Positions 44,255 through 53,854 of a stretch of 64,000 nucleotides of DNA are shown here, piece after piece. Numbering within the stretch: position 1 is the first letter of the stretch; the number at the start of each line of letters is the position of its first letter. This stretch comes from Gemmatales bacterium (GTDB lineage Bacteria > Planctomycetota > Planctomycetia > Gemmatales > HRBIN36): NCBI GenBank assembly GCA_035430005.1, contig DAOMFV010000005.1, positions 15,196-79,195 on the forward strand, read 5' to 3'. A program made the translations under genes and the position numbers. The notes below the pieces were generated by a model. The model was not told the DNA's origin. It saw only the letters and a list, made by a program, of their open reading frames with translations, and did not search any database.

Positions 44255-45898
44255 TTACCAGCGATAGCCATAAATGATGTAAAGCAAGTCTGAGTCAACC
44301 GCTTTGTTTGGCCCAGCGGTGTTCTCCAGGAAGCTGCCGCCGAAAAGTTTGCTGTAGCCCACCATCAAGTCCGAATGCTTGGTCAGATGGAAGTTGGCGG
44401 TGAAATCAAGTTCGGTACCCACATCACGCCCGGCTGATCCATTGGGAGAACGGCGATAGGCGCTGCCTGCTGCGTTGTAAAGGGCGTCCTCACTCTCAGC
44501 CAGCCAGAAATGATGGGCCTGGAACCAGAGTGTCATCCAGTTGACGGGGTACAGGAATAAGTGAGCATTTAGATCCTGGATATTCTGCCTGCCTACCAGG
44601 TCAGCCCAACCCAGGTAGTAGTGGCCAAAAGGAAAGAGCTGATTGAAAGTGTTGTAGTTACCAGAGTTGGGATTCGAATCACCACTGGCATAGTCGTAGT
44701 AGAGCCAGAAGGTCGGATTCATAGGCAACTGATCAAAGTGATAGCCAGCACCTGCGGTAGCCATGCCGGCAACGATGCTTTCTTTGCCTCGTTCACCGAG
44801 TTGCAGTGCGACTTCGCCATCCCATAAGAAGTTGTACTTATCGCCAGAGTAACGAGTGCCCAGGGTATGAGCCTGGAAGGGGGCACGAGCAATACCTTGT
44901 TGGACAACGGTGTTCTCGTTATCGAGATAGAGATAATAGAAATCGACAGACTGCCCTTTTTCTGGTCGATACGTTGTCCAGAGACCGGCAAAGTTCTGCT
45001 TCTCATCCCATGAATCGAGCTTGTTGGCATCGGGAATGACAGGCCTGACCCAGAACGCGGTGACATCCCAATCCTCACCCTGCCTGAAAGCTGACACACC
45101 CTGGAACGTACGGCGAGTATTAGCCCAATCCAGCGATGAGATCAGTCGCTGGGAGCCAAGGAGCATTTCCTGACGACCGACTCGCACATAGACGGGTTTA
45201 CCATCGACTTCGCCCAGTTTCATGTCCATGAACAAGTTGAGGAAGTCAGCCCGGTTAACATCATTAGGCAGGGGAGGTAGATCATATCCTGTGATATCGG
45301 CTGAGATAAACTCGGTGTAGATTCGGAACTTGTCTTGGTACCAGAGGTCGCCATAAGCACGAACTCGTTCAACGGTGTATGTATTATTCACCTCGGTCAG
45401 TCGGCTGTTGCCTTCGTTCATATTGCGAATCCAGGCTTGGCCACCTGTAGAAAAGAGCCAATTGTCGCCAATACGAATTCGCTTGAGGGGATCAAAGAAA
45501 TCGTGACTGGTGTTATTTGGATCATCCAAATATCGGAAATCAGCGTTGAAGAGGCCGGGCTGCATCAAAGCAAAGGGCGGGTAACCATACTTGGGCGGAC
45601 TCTCTCTCCATTCGCCACGAAGTTCATCCAGCACCGAATAGTAGCCAGGTCCCTTGGGAGGGTTAGGAAAATTGCCGGTCCGTGGCGTGGGCCAGATGGG
45701 TGGCACGTTTTTGAAGTCAAATGCTCCATTCCCTGAGCATGTGTCACAGGGTGCAACGACAACTACAGGAGCTGCGATTTCCTTAACTGGTGCTTCTTGA
45801 GCACATATAGTAGGTGATTCTGCCAAAAAAGCGCTGATACACCCCACCATCAGAACGTGGCACCAGGGCCAATGGTTTCGGACCATGACACCCTCCAT
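44255..45898 (-). CDS. putative outer-membrane beta-barrel protein (alginate-export/porin-like, tentative)
   Basis: Signal-like N-terminus, alternating beta-strand pattern with aromatic girdles, and a C-terminal ...LLYIIYGYRW ending in an aromatic residue, as in OMP beta-signals. Confidence 0.45.
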   Translation of the reverse strand: MEGVMVRNHWPWCHVLMVGCISAFLAESPTICAQEAPVKEIAAPVVVVAPCDTCSGNGAFDFKNVPPIWPTPRTGNFPNPPKGPGYYSVLDELRGEWRESPPKYGYPPFALMQPGLFNADFRYLDDPNNTSHDFFDPLKRIRIGDNWLFSTGGQAWIRNMNEGNSRLTEVNNTYTVERVRAYGDLWYQDKFRIYTEFISADITGYDLPPLPNDVNRADFLNLFMDMKLGEVDGKPVYVRVGRQEMLLGSQRLISSLDWANTRRTFQGVSAFRQGEDWDVTAFWVRPVIPDANKLDSWDEKQNFAGLWTTYRPEKGQSVDFYYLYLDNENTVVQQGIARAPFQAHTLGTRYSGDKYNFLWDGEVALQLGERGKESIVAGMATAGAGYHFDQLPMNPTFWLYYDYASGDSNPNSGNYNTFNQLFPFGHYYLGWADLVGRQNIQDLNAHLFLYPVNWMTLWFQAHHFWLAESEDALYNAAGSAYRRSPNGSAGRDVGTELDFTANFHLTKHSDLMVGYSKLFGGSFLENTAGPNKAVDSDLLYIIYGYRW

Positions 45899-46200
45899 GA
45901 TAGTCTGTCGTGCTCAGCTTCCTGCTGAGATCTCAGGTTCAGCATCGACACTTTCAAAGTGGATAGTTGCATCTTATTAGACAGACTTCTGCCTTTTTTG
46001 GCAGGAGCCAACATAAGCACGCAGATTCGCTACAGATTAACAGGGTTTGTAATCTGAACATTGGTGACAATGCGAAGGACCAGAGAAAATGACCTTAATT
46101 AACGAAACAATGGTAGTTTATTCTCTATATTATCGATAACTGCCCTGTTCACCCTTATGATAGGCTATTCCGCCCATCAGATTGCACGAACCGGTGACTT

Positions 46201-47493
46201 ATGTTTGCCATTCGTTTCTACGCAGTCCTGCTGCTCTACATTCTCGGTCTACCATCACTCCGTGCCGATGATATCGAACACGATCCCATCAATTACTCCA
46301 AAGCAACACCGAACAACATCATCACTCAACTCCAGGAACGCCTGAATGGTGGAAAAACTTCAATTCATTATGACGATGACACCGGCTATTTGAAAGGTGT
46401 TCTCAAAGAACTGAAGATTCCCCTTTCTTCTCAGGTTCTGGTTTTCTCCAAGACCAGCATGCAACGACCACGCATCAATCCCAAGACTCCTCGAGCGCTC
46501 TACTTCAACGATGACACCTATATAGGGTTTTGCCTGCATGGTTCCGTGCTGGAAGTTTCTACTACGGACTCCACTTTAGGCACCGTGTTCTACACCGTCG
46601 ATCAGGAGCGTCACAACAAACCAGTCATCACAAGGCAGACCGATAGTTGTCTCATTTGTCATGCCTCATCGTACAATCACGGCCTACCAGGACACCTCGT
46701 CCGATCAGTTTATCCTGATCGGAACGGAGAGCCATTGCTCGCTTCTGGTTCCTATCGAACGGATCAGACCAGCCCCTTCTCCGAACGTTGGGGCGGCTGG
46801 TATGTCACTGGAACGCATGGCAAACAGGAACACCTCGGTAATCGCTTCTATCACAAACGAAATGAAGCGATCGATGATTCTCTTCGTACTCAGAACGTCA
46901 CTGATCTTTCACAACACTTTACCGTAGGCCTCTATCCTTCGCCTCACAGCGATCTCGTCGCTCTCATGGTGCTGGAACATCAAACAGCGATGCATAATCG
47001 AATCACCAGGGCAACGCTCGATACCCGATTGGCGCTCTACTACCAGGATGACATGAATAAATCGTTCAACGAAAAGCCTGGAACGGTCTTTGATTCGACT
47101 AAAAGACGTATCCAAAGTGTCAGCGATGAACTGGTTAGATATCTACTTTTTAGCGGCGAAGCCAGACTGACTGATCCCATTGCAGGCTCATCTACTTTTG
47201 CCCAGGAGTTCAGTCAGCGTGGGCCCTTAGACAAGCAAGGCCGATCGCTTCGACAGTTTGATCTGAAGACCAGGCTGTTTCGCTATCCATGCAGCTATCT
47301 TATCTATTCGGAATCCTTTGACGGCATGCCTGTCGCTGTTCGTGAAGTAGTTCTAAAACAACTGTTCGATACTTTGACCGGCAAAGATCAATCAGCTGCC
47401 TACGCCCATCTTAGCCCAGCCGACCGCAAGGCTATTCTGGAGATTTTGCGAGAGACCAAGCCAAATCTGCCTGATTACTGGAGAATGAAATAG
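46201..47493 (+). CDS. secreted mono-haem (single CxxCH) protein of unknown function
   Basis: Signal peptide MFAIRFYAVLLLYILGLPSLRA. A single CLICH. Conserved-looking blocks VLVFSKTSMQ, PRALYFNDD, RWGGWYVTGTHG, RYPCSYLIYS. Confidence 0.55.
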   Translation: MFAIRFYAVLLLYILGLPSLRADDIEHDPINYSKATPNNIITQLQERLNGGKTSIHYDDDTGYLKGVLKELKIPLSSQVLVFSKTSMQRPRINPKTPRALYFNDDTYIGFCLHGSVLEVSTTDSTLGTVFYTVDQERHNKPVITRQTDSCLICHASSYNHGLPGHLVRSVYPDRNGEPLLASGSYRTDQTSPFSERWGGWYVTGTHGKQEHLGNRFYHKRNEAIDDSLRTQNVTDLSQHFTVGLYPSPHSDLVALMVLEHQTAMHNRITRATLDTRLALYYQDDMNKSFNEKPGTVFDSTKRRIQSVSDELVRYLLFSGEARLTDPIAGSSTFAQEFSQRGPLDKQGRSLRQFDLKTRLFRYPCSYLIYSESFDGMPVAVREVVLKQLFDTLTGKDQSAAYAHLSPADRKAILEILRETKPNLPDYWRMK

Positions 47494-47522
47494 GAATTAC
47501 GATACTACCATTCTAAGTTCTC

Positions 47523-47608
47523 CTACATAGGTAGTTGTGCGGTGGGCCAGACATTCTTGTCTGGCCTGCACAGACAAGAATGTCTGTGCCACCTAATCTC
47601 ATATGTAG
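47523..47608. repeat. 86-nt imperfect palindrome with a 15-bp perfect central stem
   Basis: AGACATTCTTGTCTG (47549-47563), loop GCCTGCA, then CAGACAAGAATGTCT (47571-47585). Outer arms CTACATA (47523-29) and TATGTAG (47602-08). Confidence 0.6.
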
Positions 47609-47620
47609 AGGCGCTTAGGA

Positions 47621-47636
47621 TGGCGTTCTTGTTGCA
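47621..47636 (+). promoter_or_regulatory. sigma54 (-24/-12) type promoter upstream of the sensor-kinase operon
   Basis: TGGCGTTCTTGTTGCA against the consensus TGGCACG-N4-TTGCW. The GG and GC dinucleotides have the canonical spacing. It lies 26 nt upstream of the ATG at 47662. Confidence 0.5.
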
Positions 47637-47661
47637 GATCATGCCCTTCTTCATCCTGTGA

Positions 47662-48888
47662 ATGAGAATGCTGCAAACCATCAACGAGAAGTTTGGCCAT
47701 CTGCGCCAGTATTTGAATTGGTCTGTAGAAGATGACAGGCATATTACGCAAATTCGCTCACTCTTGCTTCCCTTTGCTCCAGTCTTCATTGAAGACTTTT
47801 ATGCAGAGATTGTGCGGCACCCGACGATTGCACGTGTCATCACCGGCGGTGATCAGCAGATCGCCCGGCTGCAACAGAGCCTGCTCCGCTGGATCGATGA
47901 GCTGCTCTCCGGTCGGTACGATGTGGAGTATGTGCAGCGGCGCTGGAAAGTCGGCTATCGGCACGTGGAAATCGGGCTGGATCAAACCTACGTCAACATC
48001 GCCCATGCCCGATTGCGGATGCAAATGCAGTGCATCCTGCTCGAAGAGCTGAAGAAGGCGCCGGATCAACTTCGTGACTGTGAGATTACTCTCCACAAAC
48101 TGCTTGATCTGGATCTGGCCCTGATCTCAGCGGCCTACGCCGCGGAATTGCAGGAACGACAACACAAGCAGGCCAAGCAGGATGAGCGCCTGGCAACGAT
48201 AGGGCAGATGATTACCGGGCTGGCCCATGAAGCCCGCAATGCACTGCAGCGGATGCGGGCTTCGACGGAGAGCCTGGAACTGGATCTGGAAGAACAACCC
48301 AATCTGCATCCCGATCTGCACAGGCTGGGTGTTGCCCAGGATGATCTCACCAGGCTCTTTACGGAGGTGCAGAACTATGCCGCCCCGCTTGCCCTGGAAC
48401 GGGAGTGGGTTGCTATCAGTCATATCGCCCAGCAGGCCTGGGAGAGCCTGACTCGGCAACGCCAGGGGCGAGACGCTCAACTGAAAATGATCATCCCAGC
48501 TGATCTCAATCATGGAAATCATGATGCCTTCCGGCTGCAACAGGTCTTCCGTAACTTCTTTGAAAACTCGCTAGCTGCCTGCAAAGATCCGGCCATCCTC
48601 GAAGTAACTGCCCAGCCACAAAGCATTGACGGACAAAGCTTCGCCGAGTTCCGTGTGCAGGATAACGGACCAGGACTGAGCGAATCCGCACGGTTGCATG
48701 TCTTCGACCCCTTTTTTACGACGAAAACCAAGGGAACTGGCTTAGGCATGGCAATTGCACTACGTATTGTCGATGCTCATGGTGGCCGCTTACAACTGGG
48801 CCCTGTTGGATCGACAGGAGCCGATTTCCGATTGCTTTTGCCTCGAGTGGAACATGTCCCCTCCGCTAAGGATCGCCATCGCGGATGA
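47662..48888 (+). CDS. globin-coupled (protoglobin-domain) sensor histidine kinase, cytoplasmic
   Basis: N-terminal ~150 aa are protoglobin/GCS-like (..DFYAEIVRHP...RWKVGYRHVEIGLDQTYV, with a candidate proximal His in the H-V-E-I-G block). H-box LAHEARNAL, N-box FRNFFENS, G1 QDNGPGL, G2 GTGLGMA. No TM segment. Confidence 0.85.
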   Translation: MRMLQTINEKFGHLRQYLNWSVEDDRHITQIRSLLLPFAPVFIEDFYAEIVRHPTIARVITGGDQQIARLQQSLLRWIDELLSGRYDVEYVQRRWKVGYRHVEIGLDQTYVNIAHARLRMQMQCILLEELKKAPDQLRDCEITLHKLLDLDLALISAAYAAELQERQHKQAKQDERLATIGQMITGLAHEARNALQRMRASTESLELDLEEQPNLHPDLHRLGVAQDDLTRLFTEVQNYAAPLALEREWVAISHIAQQAWESLTRQRQGRDAQLKMIIPADLNHGNHDAFRLQQVFRNFFENSLAACKDPAILEVTAQPQSIDGQSFAEFRVQDNGPGLSESARLHVFDPFFTTKTKGTGLGMAIALRIVDAHGGRLQLGPVGSTGADFRLLLPRVEHVPSAKDRHRG

Positions 48889-49234
48889 TGAATCCGAGAT
48901 TCGCGATCACTACAGCAAGATCATCAAACGGCTCGGTCATGAAGTAGTGGCTGCGGTCGATACGGGGAATGCGCTCATCGAAGTCTGCCAACGTCTGCAT
49001 CCTGATCTGATCATCACCGATGTCCACATGCCTGGACTCGATGGGGATCAAGCGGTACGGGAAGTGTGGAAGTGCGAGACCATCCCGACAATTCTGATCT
49101 CTGCCTATGATCAACCCAAGGACTTTCCGCCGGCTGGTATCAACGTAGCCTGGGCCTATCTGAGCAAGCCCGTCAAAAGGCTCGACTTTGAAGCAGCCAT
49201 TCGTGCTACAATGAATACAGCAACTTTCGAATGA
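48854..49234 (+). CDS. single-domain response regulator (REC only)
   Basis: RIAIADDE...DLIITDVHMPGLDG...LSKP. It overlaps the kinase 3' end by 35 nt. Confidence 0.8.
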   Translation: MSPPLRIAIADDESEIRDHYSKIIKRLGHEVVAAVDTGNALIEVCQRLHPDLIITDVHMPGLDGDQAVREVWKCETIPTILISAYDQPKDFPPAGINVAWAYLSKPVKRLDFEAAIRATMNTATFE

Positions 49235-49256
49235 GAAGCTCCCGCTCAGGGTAGAT

Positions 49257-50591
49257 ATGTCGTCTCACGAGATCCTTCTGGTTGATGATGAACAGGATTT
49301 GCGGGAACCAATGGCCCGCAACCTGGAGCGCTGCGGCTATCATGTCAAACAAGCGGCAAATGTCAAAACTGCCTTAGCTCTCCTGGAACAGCACGACATC
49401 GCCTGTGCGGTGGTAGATCACTTCATGCCCGAAGCAACGGGGATGGAGTTTCTCGAAAGTCTCCAAAAGCTGGGGCATGATTGTGGCGTGATCATGATGT
49501 CAGGCCAGGGGACGGTGCCTCTGGCTGTGGAAGCCATGAAGAAGGGGGCGGTGGACTTCCTGGTAAAGCCGGTGCGGTTACCTGAGTTGCAGGCTGCCAT
49601 CGAAAGGCAGATCAATCATCTCCGGCTGCAACGGGAAAATGCTCATCTGAAGGGACTCCTGCGTCAGCAACGGCAGTCAGTACAGCTCATTGGTGAGTCT
49701 TCGGTCATATTGGAAGTGGAGCGGCTGATCGCCCGTATGGGCCCGACGAAGATGCCGGTCTTGATTCAGGGCGAAAGCGGCACGGGAAAAGAACTGGTTG
49801 CACGAGCATTGGTAGAGCACAGCGAACTCATTGACCAGCCGATGGTTACGATCAACTGTGCAGCATTACCCGAACCGTTACTGGAGAGCGAGCTGTTTGG
49901 GCATGAAAAAGGGGCGTTTACCGGTGCTGCCTCCGCCAAGCCAGGGCTGTTTGAAGTGGCTGATGGGGGGACGCTGTTCATCGATGAAATCGGCGAACTG
50001 GCTCCATCTCTTCAACCCAAGTTGTTGCGTGTCCTGGAAGATGGAAGCCTGAGACGGGTCGGTTCCATCAAGGAACGTCGAGTGAAGGTACGGCTCATAG
50101 CAGCCACCAATCGTGACCTGGCTCTGGAAGTCAAACAGGGTCGGTTCCGTGAAGACTTGTTCTATCGCATCAACATGCTGACACTTGATCTGCCGCCGCT
50201 GCGTGAACGGGGCAACGATATCGTTCAACTGGTTCATCATTTTGTTGGCCCTGGCTGGCAGATCGCTGATGGCGTGCTGAAAGCACTGCAACAGTATGAT
50301 TGGCCGGGCAATGTTCGTCAGTTGCGCAATGCCATCGACCGATCCAAAGTCCTGGCTGATGAGAATGTGATCGAACTTCGCAACTTCCCCGCTGAGATTG
50401 TGGAGACAAATCAATCGGCTATCAGTGAATCGGCTCAAGAAACCCAGGCACTAAGTGTGGTGACCAGACAGCATCTGATGGAAGTAATGCAGCGGGCGGG
50501 CAACAATAAGTCTCATGCAGCCAAGCTGGTGGGCGTGACGAGGCGGTCGCTCTACCGGCTGCTGGAAAAGTACGGAATAGGGACGAATTAG
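49257..50591 (+). CDS. sigma54-dependent response regulator (NtrC-type: REC + AAA+ + Fis-HTH)
   Basis: REC domain (ILLVDDE...[11 protein letters not shown]). Walker [15 protein letters not shown] sigma54-contact motif (EKGAFTGAA). C-terminal [24 protein letters not shown]. Confidence 0.9.
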   Translation: MSSHEILLVDDEQDLREPMARNLERCGYHVKQAANVKTALALLEQHDIACAVVDHFMPEATGMEFLESLQKLGHDCGVIMMSGQGTVPLAVEAMKKGAVDFLVKPVRLPELQAAIERQINHLRLQRENAHLKGLLRQQRQSVQLIGESSVILEVERLIARMGPTKMPVLIQGESGTGKELVARALVEHSELIDQPMVTINCAALPEPLLESELFGHEKGAFTGAASAKPGLFEVADGGTLFIDEIGELAPSLQPKLLRVLEDGSLRRVGSIKERRVKVRLIAATNRDLALEVKQGRFREDLFYRINMLTLDLPPLRERGNDIVQLVHHFVGPGWQIADGVLKALQQYDWPGNVRQLRNAIDRSKVLADENVIELRNFPAEIVETNQSAISESAQETQALSVVTRQHLMEVMQRAGNNKSHAAKLVGVTRRSLYRLLEKYGIGTN

Positions 50592-50613
50592 TTCCATACC
50601 CGCCTCTCACACC

Positions 50614-50629
50614 TGTGCGGCTCCGCACA
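50614..50629. promoter_or_regulatory. candidate enhancer (UAS) palindrome upstream of ccoNO
   Basis: TGTGCGG-CT-CCGCACA (7-bp perfect arms). An extra CCGCACA half-site sits at 50642-50648. The palindrome lies ~100 nt upstream of the -24 element. Confidence 0.45.
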
Positions 50630-50725
50630 CTTTGAGGTCGACCGCACACCAAAACCGAAACGCTAGTGTTGGTATTTCCTGCTTTTTTTGCAGACCATTC
50701 GTGAAACTGCTGTACCCGTTTCCTT

Positions 50726-50742
50726 CGGTACGGCACTTGCTT
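50726..50742 (+). promoter_or_regulatory. sigma54 (-24/-12) type promoter upstream of ccoNO
   Basis: CGGTACGGCACTTGCTT against TGGCACG-N4-TTGCW. GG at 50727-28 and GC at 50739-40 (canonical spacing). 10 of 12 consensus positions match. ~45 nt upstream of the ATG at 50785. Confidence 0.6.
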
Positions 50743-50784
50743 GACTCGATGTTGAACTGTCTCGACTTCGAGGAAGTGCCTTTC

Positions 50785-53079
50785 ATGAGTAATGCAGCGG
50801 GTCTAATGCCGGGCGTACAGCTCGAAGAATACAAATACGACGACAAGATTGTCCGGGCCTTCGCGCTGGTCACGGTCATCTGGGCTTTGGTTGCCATGCT
50901 GGCCGGTGTCCTTATCGCGCTGCAGATGGTGATCCCCGGATTGAACCTGGGACTGACTTATACCTCCTTTGGCAGATTGCGGCCACTGCATACCAATGCG
51001 GCCATCTTTGCTTTTGGTGGCAATGCCATCTTTGCGGCAGTCTATTACTCCACCCAGCGATTGTGCAAGGCTCGGATGTGGAGTGACCGGTTGAGCTGGC
51101 TGCACTTCTGGGGCTGGCAGGCGATCATCGTCTCAGCAGCCATCACCTTACCCCTGGGTTTCACACAGGGTAAGGAATACGCCGAGCTGGAATGGCCCAT
51201 TGATATTGCCATTGCCGTGGTCTGGGTGGCTTTCTTTGGCGTCAACTTCTTCATGACACTTGCTTGCCGCCGGGAACGCCACATGTATGTCGCTCTCTGG
51301 TTTTACATAGCCACCATTGTGACCGTGGCGGTGTTGCATGTGTTCAACAGCCTTGTCATTCCGGTCGGCTTGTTCAAAAGCTATTCGATTTATGCCGGGG
51401 TACAGGATGCCTTCATGCAGTGGTGGTATGGCCACAATGCGGTAGCATTCTTTCTGACGACACCGTTTCTGGGTCTGATGTACTACTTCCTGCCGAAGGC
51501 GGCGGAACGGCCCATCTTCTCGTATCGGTTGAGCATTATTCACTTCTGGTCGCTGGTCTTCATTTACATCTGGGCTGGTCCGCACCATCTGCACTACACC
51601 GCGATGCCGGAATGGTCGACAACGCTGGGCATGCTCTTTTCCCTGATGCTCTGGATGCCTTCGTGGGGCGGCATGATCAATGGACTGCTTACCCTGCGTG
51701 GAGCCTGGCGGAAAGTGACCGAAGACCCCGTGCTGAAGTTCTTTGTCGTCGGTATCACCTTTTATGGCATGGCGACGTTCGAAGGGCCGGTGCTTTCCAT
51801 CAAATCGGTCAATGCCCTGTCCCACTACACAGACTGGACGATTGCCCACGTGCATGGGGGAGCGCTTGGCTGGAACGGCATGATGACCTTCGGCATGATC
51901 TACTGGTTGCTGCCCCGACTCTTCCAGACCAAACTCTACAGCAAGAAGCTGGCCGAGTGGCACTTCTGGCTCGGCACGATTGGCATCCTGCTGTATATCG
52001 TCCCCATCTATGTCGCCGGGCTTACTCAAGGCCTGATGTGGCGAGCTATCGATAATCAGGGTAACCTGATGTATCCGAAGTTCATCGAAACCGTGATGGT
52101 ACTCGCCCCCATGTACTGGATTCGAGTCTTCGGAGGCTTGCTCTTCGTCAGCGGCGTGTTCCTCTTGCTCTATAATTTCATCCGCACCTGGATGACCCGA
52201 CCAGCTGTGTACGAAGAGCCTGTCTACACTGCACCGGCACTGTCGGCTGAGTATCAGGATGCCCCAGCACCTGTCTCGAAACTGGAAAACGTGACTGAAT
52301 TCGGGAAATCGGTCGATGTCTGGTCAACCTTCTGGTGGCACCGGGTGTGGGAACGGATGCCGCTCAAGTTCACCGTGTGGGTGATTATTGCTGTGGTTTC
52401 TGCGACGCTGTTTGAACTGATCCCGACGTTTCTGATTCGTTCCAACATCCCTGCGTTGCCGGGCGTGAAGCCTTACACTCCGCTGGAACTCGCCGGGCGT
52501 GATCTCTACATCGCCAACGGCTGTTACAACTGCCATTCGCAGATGATCCGCCCGATTCTGTCGGAAACGAAGAGGTATGGTCCCTATTCAAAGCCGGGCG
52601 AGTTTGTCTTCGACCACCCATTCCAATGGGGATCACGGCGCATCGGCCCTGACCTGGCACGTGAAGGCGGAGCTCAGAATGCCCTTTGGCACACGACTCA
52701 CTTCCGTGATCCGACCAATACCAGCCCAGGCTCCATCATGCCGGCTTACCCTTCATTCGAGCAGACGGAACTAAACTTCCGTACCATTCCGGAACGGGTG
52801 CAGGCCAACAACTTCCTTGCTGGTGGCCAGGCCTATTCACCTTCCGAACTCGAGAATGCCGAGAAACTGGCTCATGAGCAGGCCAGGAAGATCGCCACGG
52901 ATATCGTCCAGCAGAACGGCAGCCAGGGCAGCCTTCCTGCCAACCTGGATCAGACGCAACTGGTGGCGCTCATTGCCTACCTGCAACGGTTAGGCGTCGA
53001 ACAGGCCGATGCACCGCCAAGCAAGCCTGTCACTGCCCCTGTAGATGCAGGCAAGCCTGCAGCAACCCCGGTCAAATAA
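50785..53079 (+). CDS. ccoN: cbb3-type cytochrome c oxidase, fused subunits I and II (CcoN-CcoO)
   Basis: CcoN blocks [13 protein letters not shown] and GPHHLHYT. C-terminal CcoO block [16 protein letters not shown]. Start set at ATG 50785 (GAGGAAG upstream, downstream of the sigma54 promoter), not at ORF-track position 50632. Confidence 0.9.
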   Translation: MSNAAGLMPGVQLEEYKYDDKIVRAFALVTVIWALVAMLAGVLIALQMVIPGLNLGLTYTSFGRLRPLHTNAAIFAFGGNAIFAAVYYSTQRLCKARMWSDRLSWLHFWGWQAIIVSAAITLPLGFTQGKEYAELEWPIDIAIAVVWVAFFGVNFFMTLACRRERHMYVALWFYIATIVTVAVLHVFNSLVIPVGLFKSYSIYAGVQDAFMQWWYGHNAVAFFLTTPFLGLMYYFLPKAAERPIFSYRLSIIHFWSLVFIYIWAGPHHLHYTAMPEWSTTLGMLFSLMLWMPSWGGMINGLLTLRGAWRKVTEDPVLKFFVVGITFYGMATFEGPVLSIKSVNALSHYTDWTIAHVHGGALGWNGMMTFGMIYWLLPRLFQTKLYSKKLAEWHFWLGTIGILLYIVPIYVAGLTQGLMWRAIDNQGNLMYPKFIETVMVLAPMYWIRVFGGLLFVSGVFLLLYNFIRTWMTRPAVYEEPVYTAPALSAEYQDAPAPVSKLENVTEFGKSVDVWSTFWWHRVWERMPLKFTVWVIIAVVSATLFELIPTFLIRSNIPALPGVKPYTPLELAGRDLYIANGCYNCHSQMIRPILSETKRYGPYSKPGEFVFDHPFQWGSRRIGPDLAREGGAQNALWHTTHFRDPTNTSPGSIMPAYPSFEQTELNFRTIPERVQANNFLAGGQAYSPSELENAEKLAHEQARKIATDIVQQNGSQGSLPANLDQTQLVALIAYLQRLGVEQADAPPSKPVTAPVDAGKPAATPVK

Positions 53080-53091
53080 ACGGAGGCGCCT

Positions 53092-53268
53092 GTGATTCGC
53101 GAGTTGATGAAGTATCTGGATGCGTCATTCTGTGCGGAAGCGGCACTGGTGCTCTTCCTCGGGGCGTTCTTCGCCGTCACCCTGCGTGCCCTGCTGACAC
53201 AGGGATACCTCGCCAGGAAACAGGCAGCCATCCCACTTTCGGACGGTCAGGAGGTTACACGATCATGA
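53092..53268 (+). CDS. CcoQ/FixQ-like small membrane protein (58 aa, below the ORF-track size cut-off)
   Basis: GGAGG lies 5 nt upstream of GTG 53092. VIRELMKYLDASFCAEAALVLFLGAFFAVTLRALL... contains one TM helix. The stop overlaps the ccoP ATG (ATGA). Position between ccoO and ccoP is as in ccoNOQP operons. Confidence 0.5.
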   Translation: MIRELMKYLDASFCAEAALVLFLGAFFAVTLRALLTQGYLARKQAAIPLSDGQEVTRS

Positions 53269-53834
53269 GCGAGAAGAAGGCTGAACTTCTGGATCACATG
53301 TACGACGGCATCCAGGAGTATGACAATCCGCTGCCTGGCTGGTGGTCGTGGCTGTTTATCGGAAGCATCGTCTTCAGCATTGGCTATTGGCTCTACTACC
53401 AGACCAACGTCGAGGGGCGGTCCAGCATGGAAGAGTATACCCGAGACGTGGCAGACGATCTACGAATACGATTCTCAGAGATCGGTACCCTGTCTCCCGA
53501 CCGTGCCACCATGCTTAAGTATCTCGATGATCCCAAGTGGCGCGTCGTCGGCGAGATCGTCTTCAAAACCAATTGCGTCTCCTGCCATGGCGACAAGGCC
53601 GAAGGCAAAGTTGGCCCCAATCTGTGTGACGACAACTGGAAGAACGTCAAGAAGCTCGAAGACATCCCCACCGTGGTCGCCAACGGGGCTAATGGCCAGG
53701 CGATGCCGGCGTGGAAAAACCGTCTGCATCCTAACGAACTGGTTCTGGTAAGTTGTTATGTCGCCTCGCTAAGGGGTTCCAAGCCGGCTGGAGGCAAGGC
53801 TCCGGAAGGCGACATCATTCCGCCATGGAAGTAA
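53265..53834 (+). CDS. ccoP: cbb3 oxidase subunit III, mono-haem form
   Basis: FixP N-terminal motif DGIQEYDNPLPGWWSWLF + TM. A single CVSCH with a downstream GQAMPAW. 189 aa, whereas classical CcoP is dihaem and ~290 aa. Confidence 0.8.
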   Translation: MSEKKAELLDHMYDGIQEYDNPLPGWWSWLFIGSIVFSIGYWLYYQTNVEGRSSMEEYTRDVADDLRIRFSEIGTLSPDRATMLKYLDDPKWRVVGEIVFKTNCVSCHGDKAEGKVGPNLCDDNWKNVKKLEDIPTVVANGANGQAMPAWKNRLHPNELVLVSCYVASLRGSKPAGGKAPEGDIIPPWK

Positions 53835-53854
53835 TTATCTCACGAGCCTGATTT

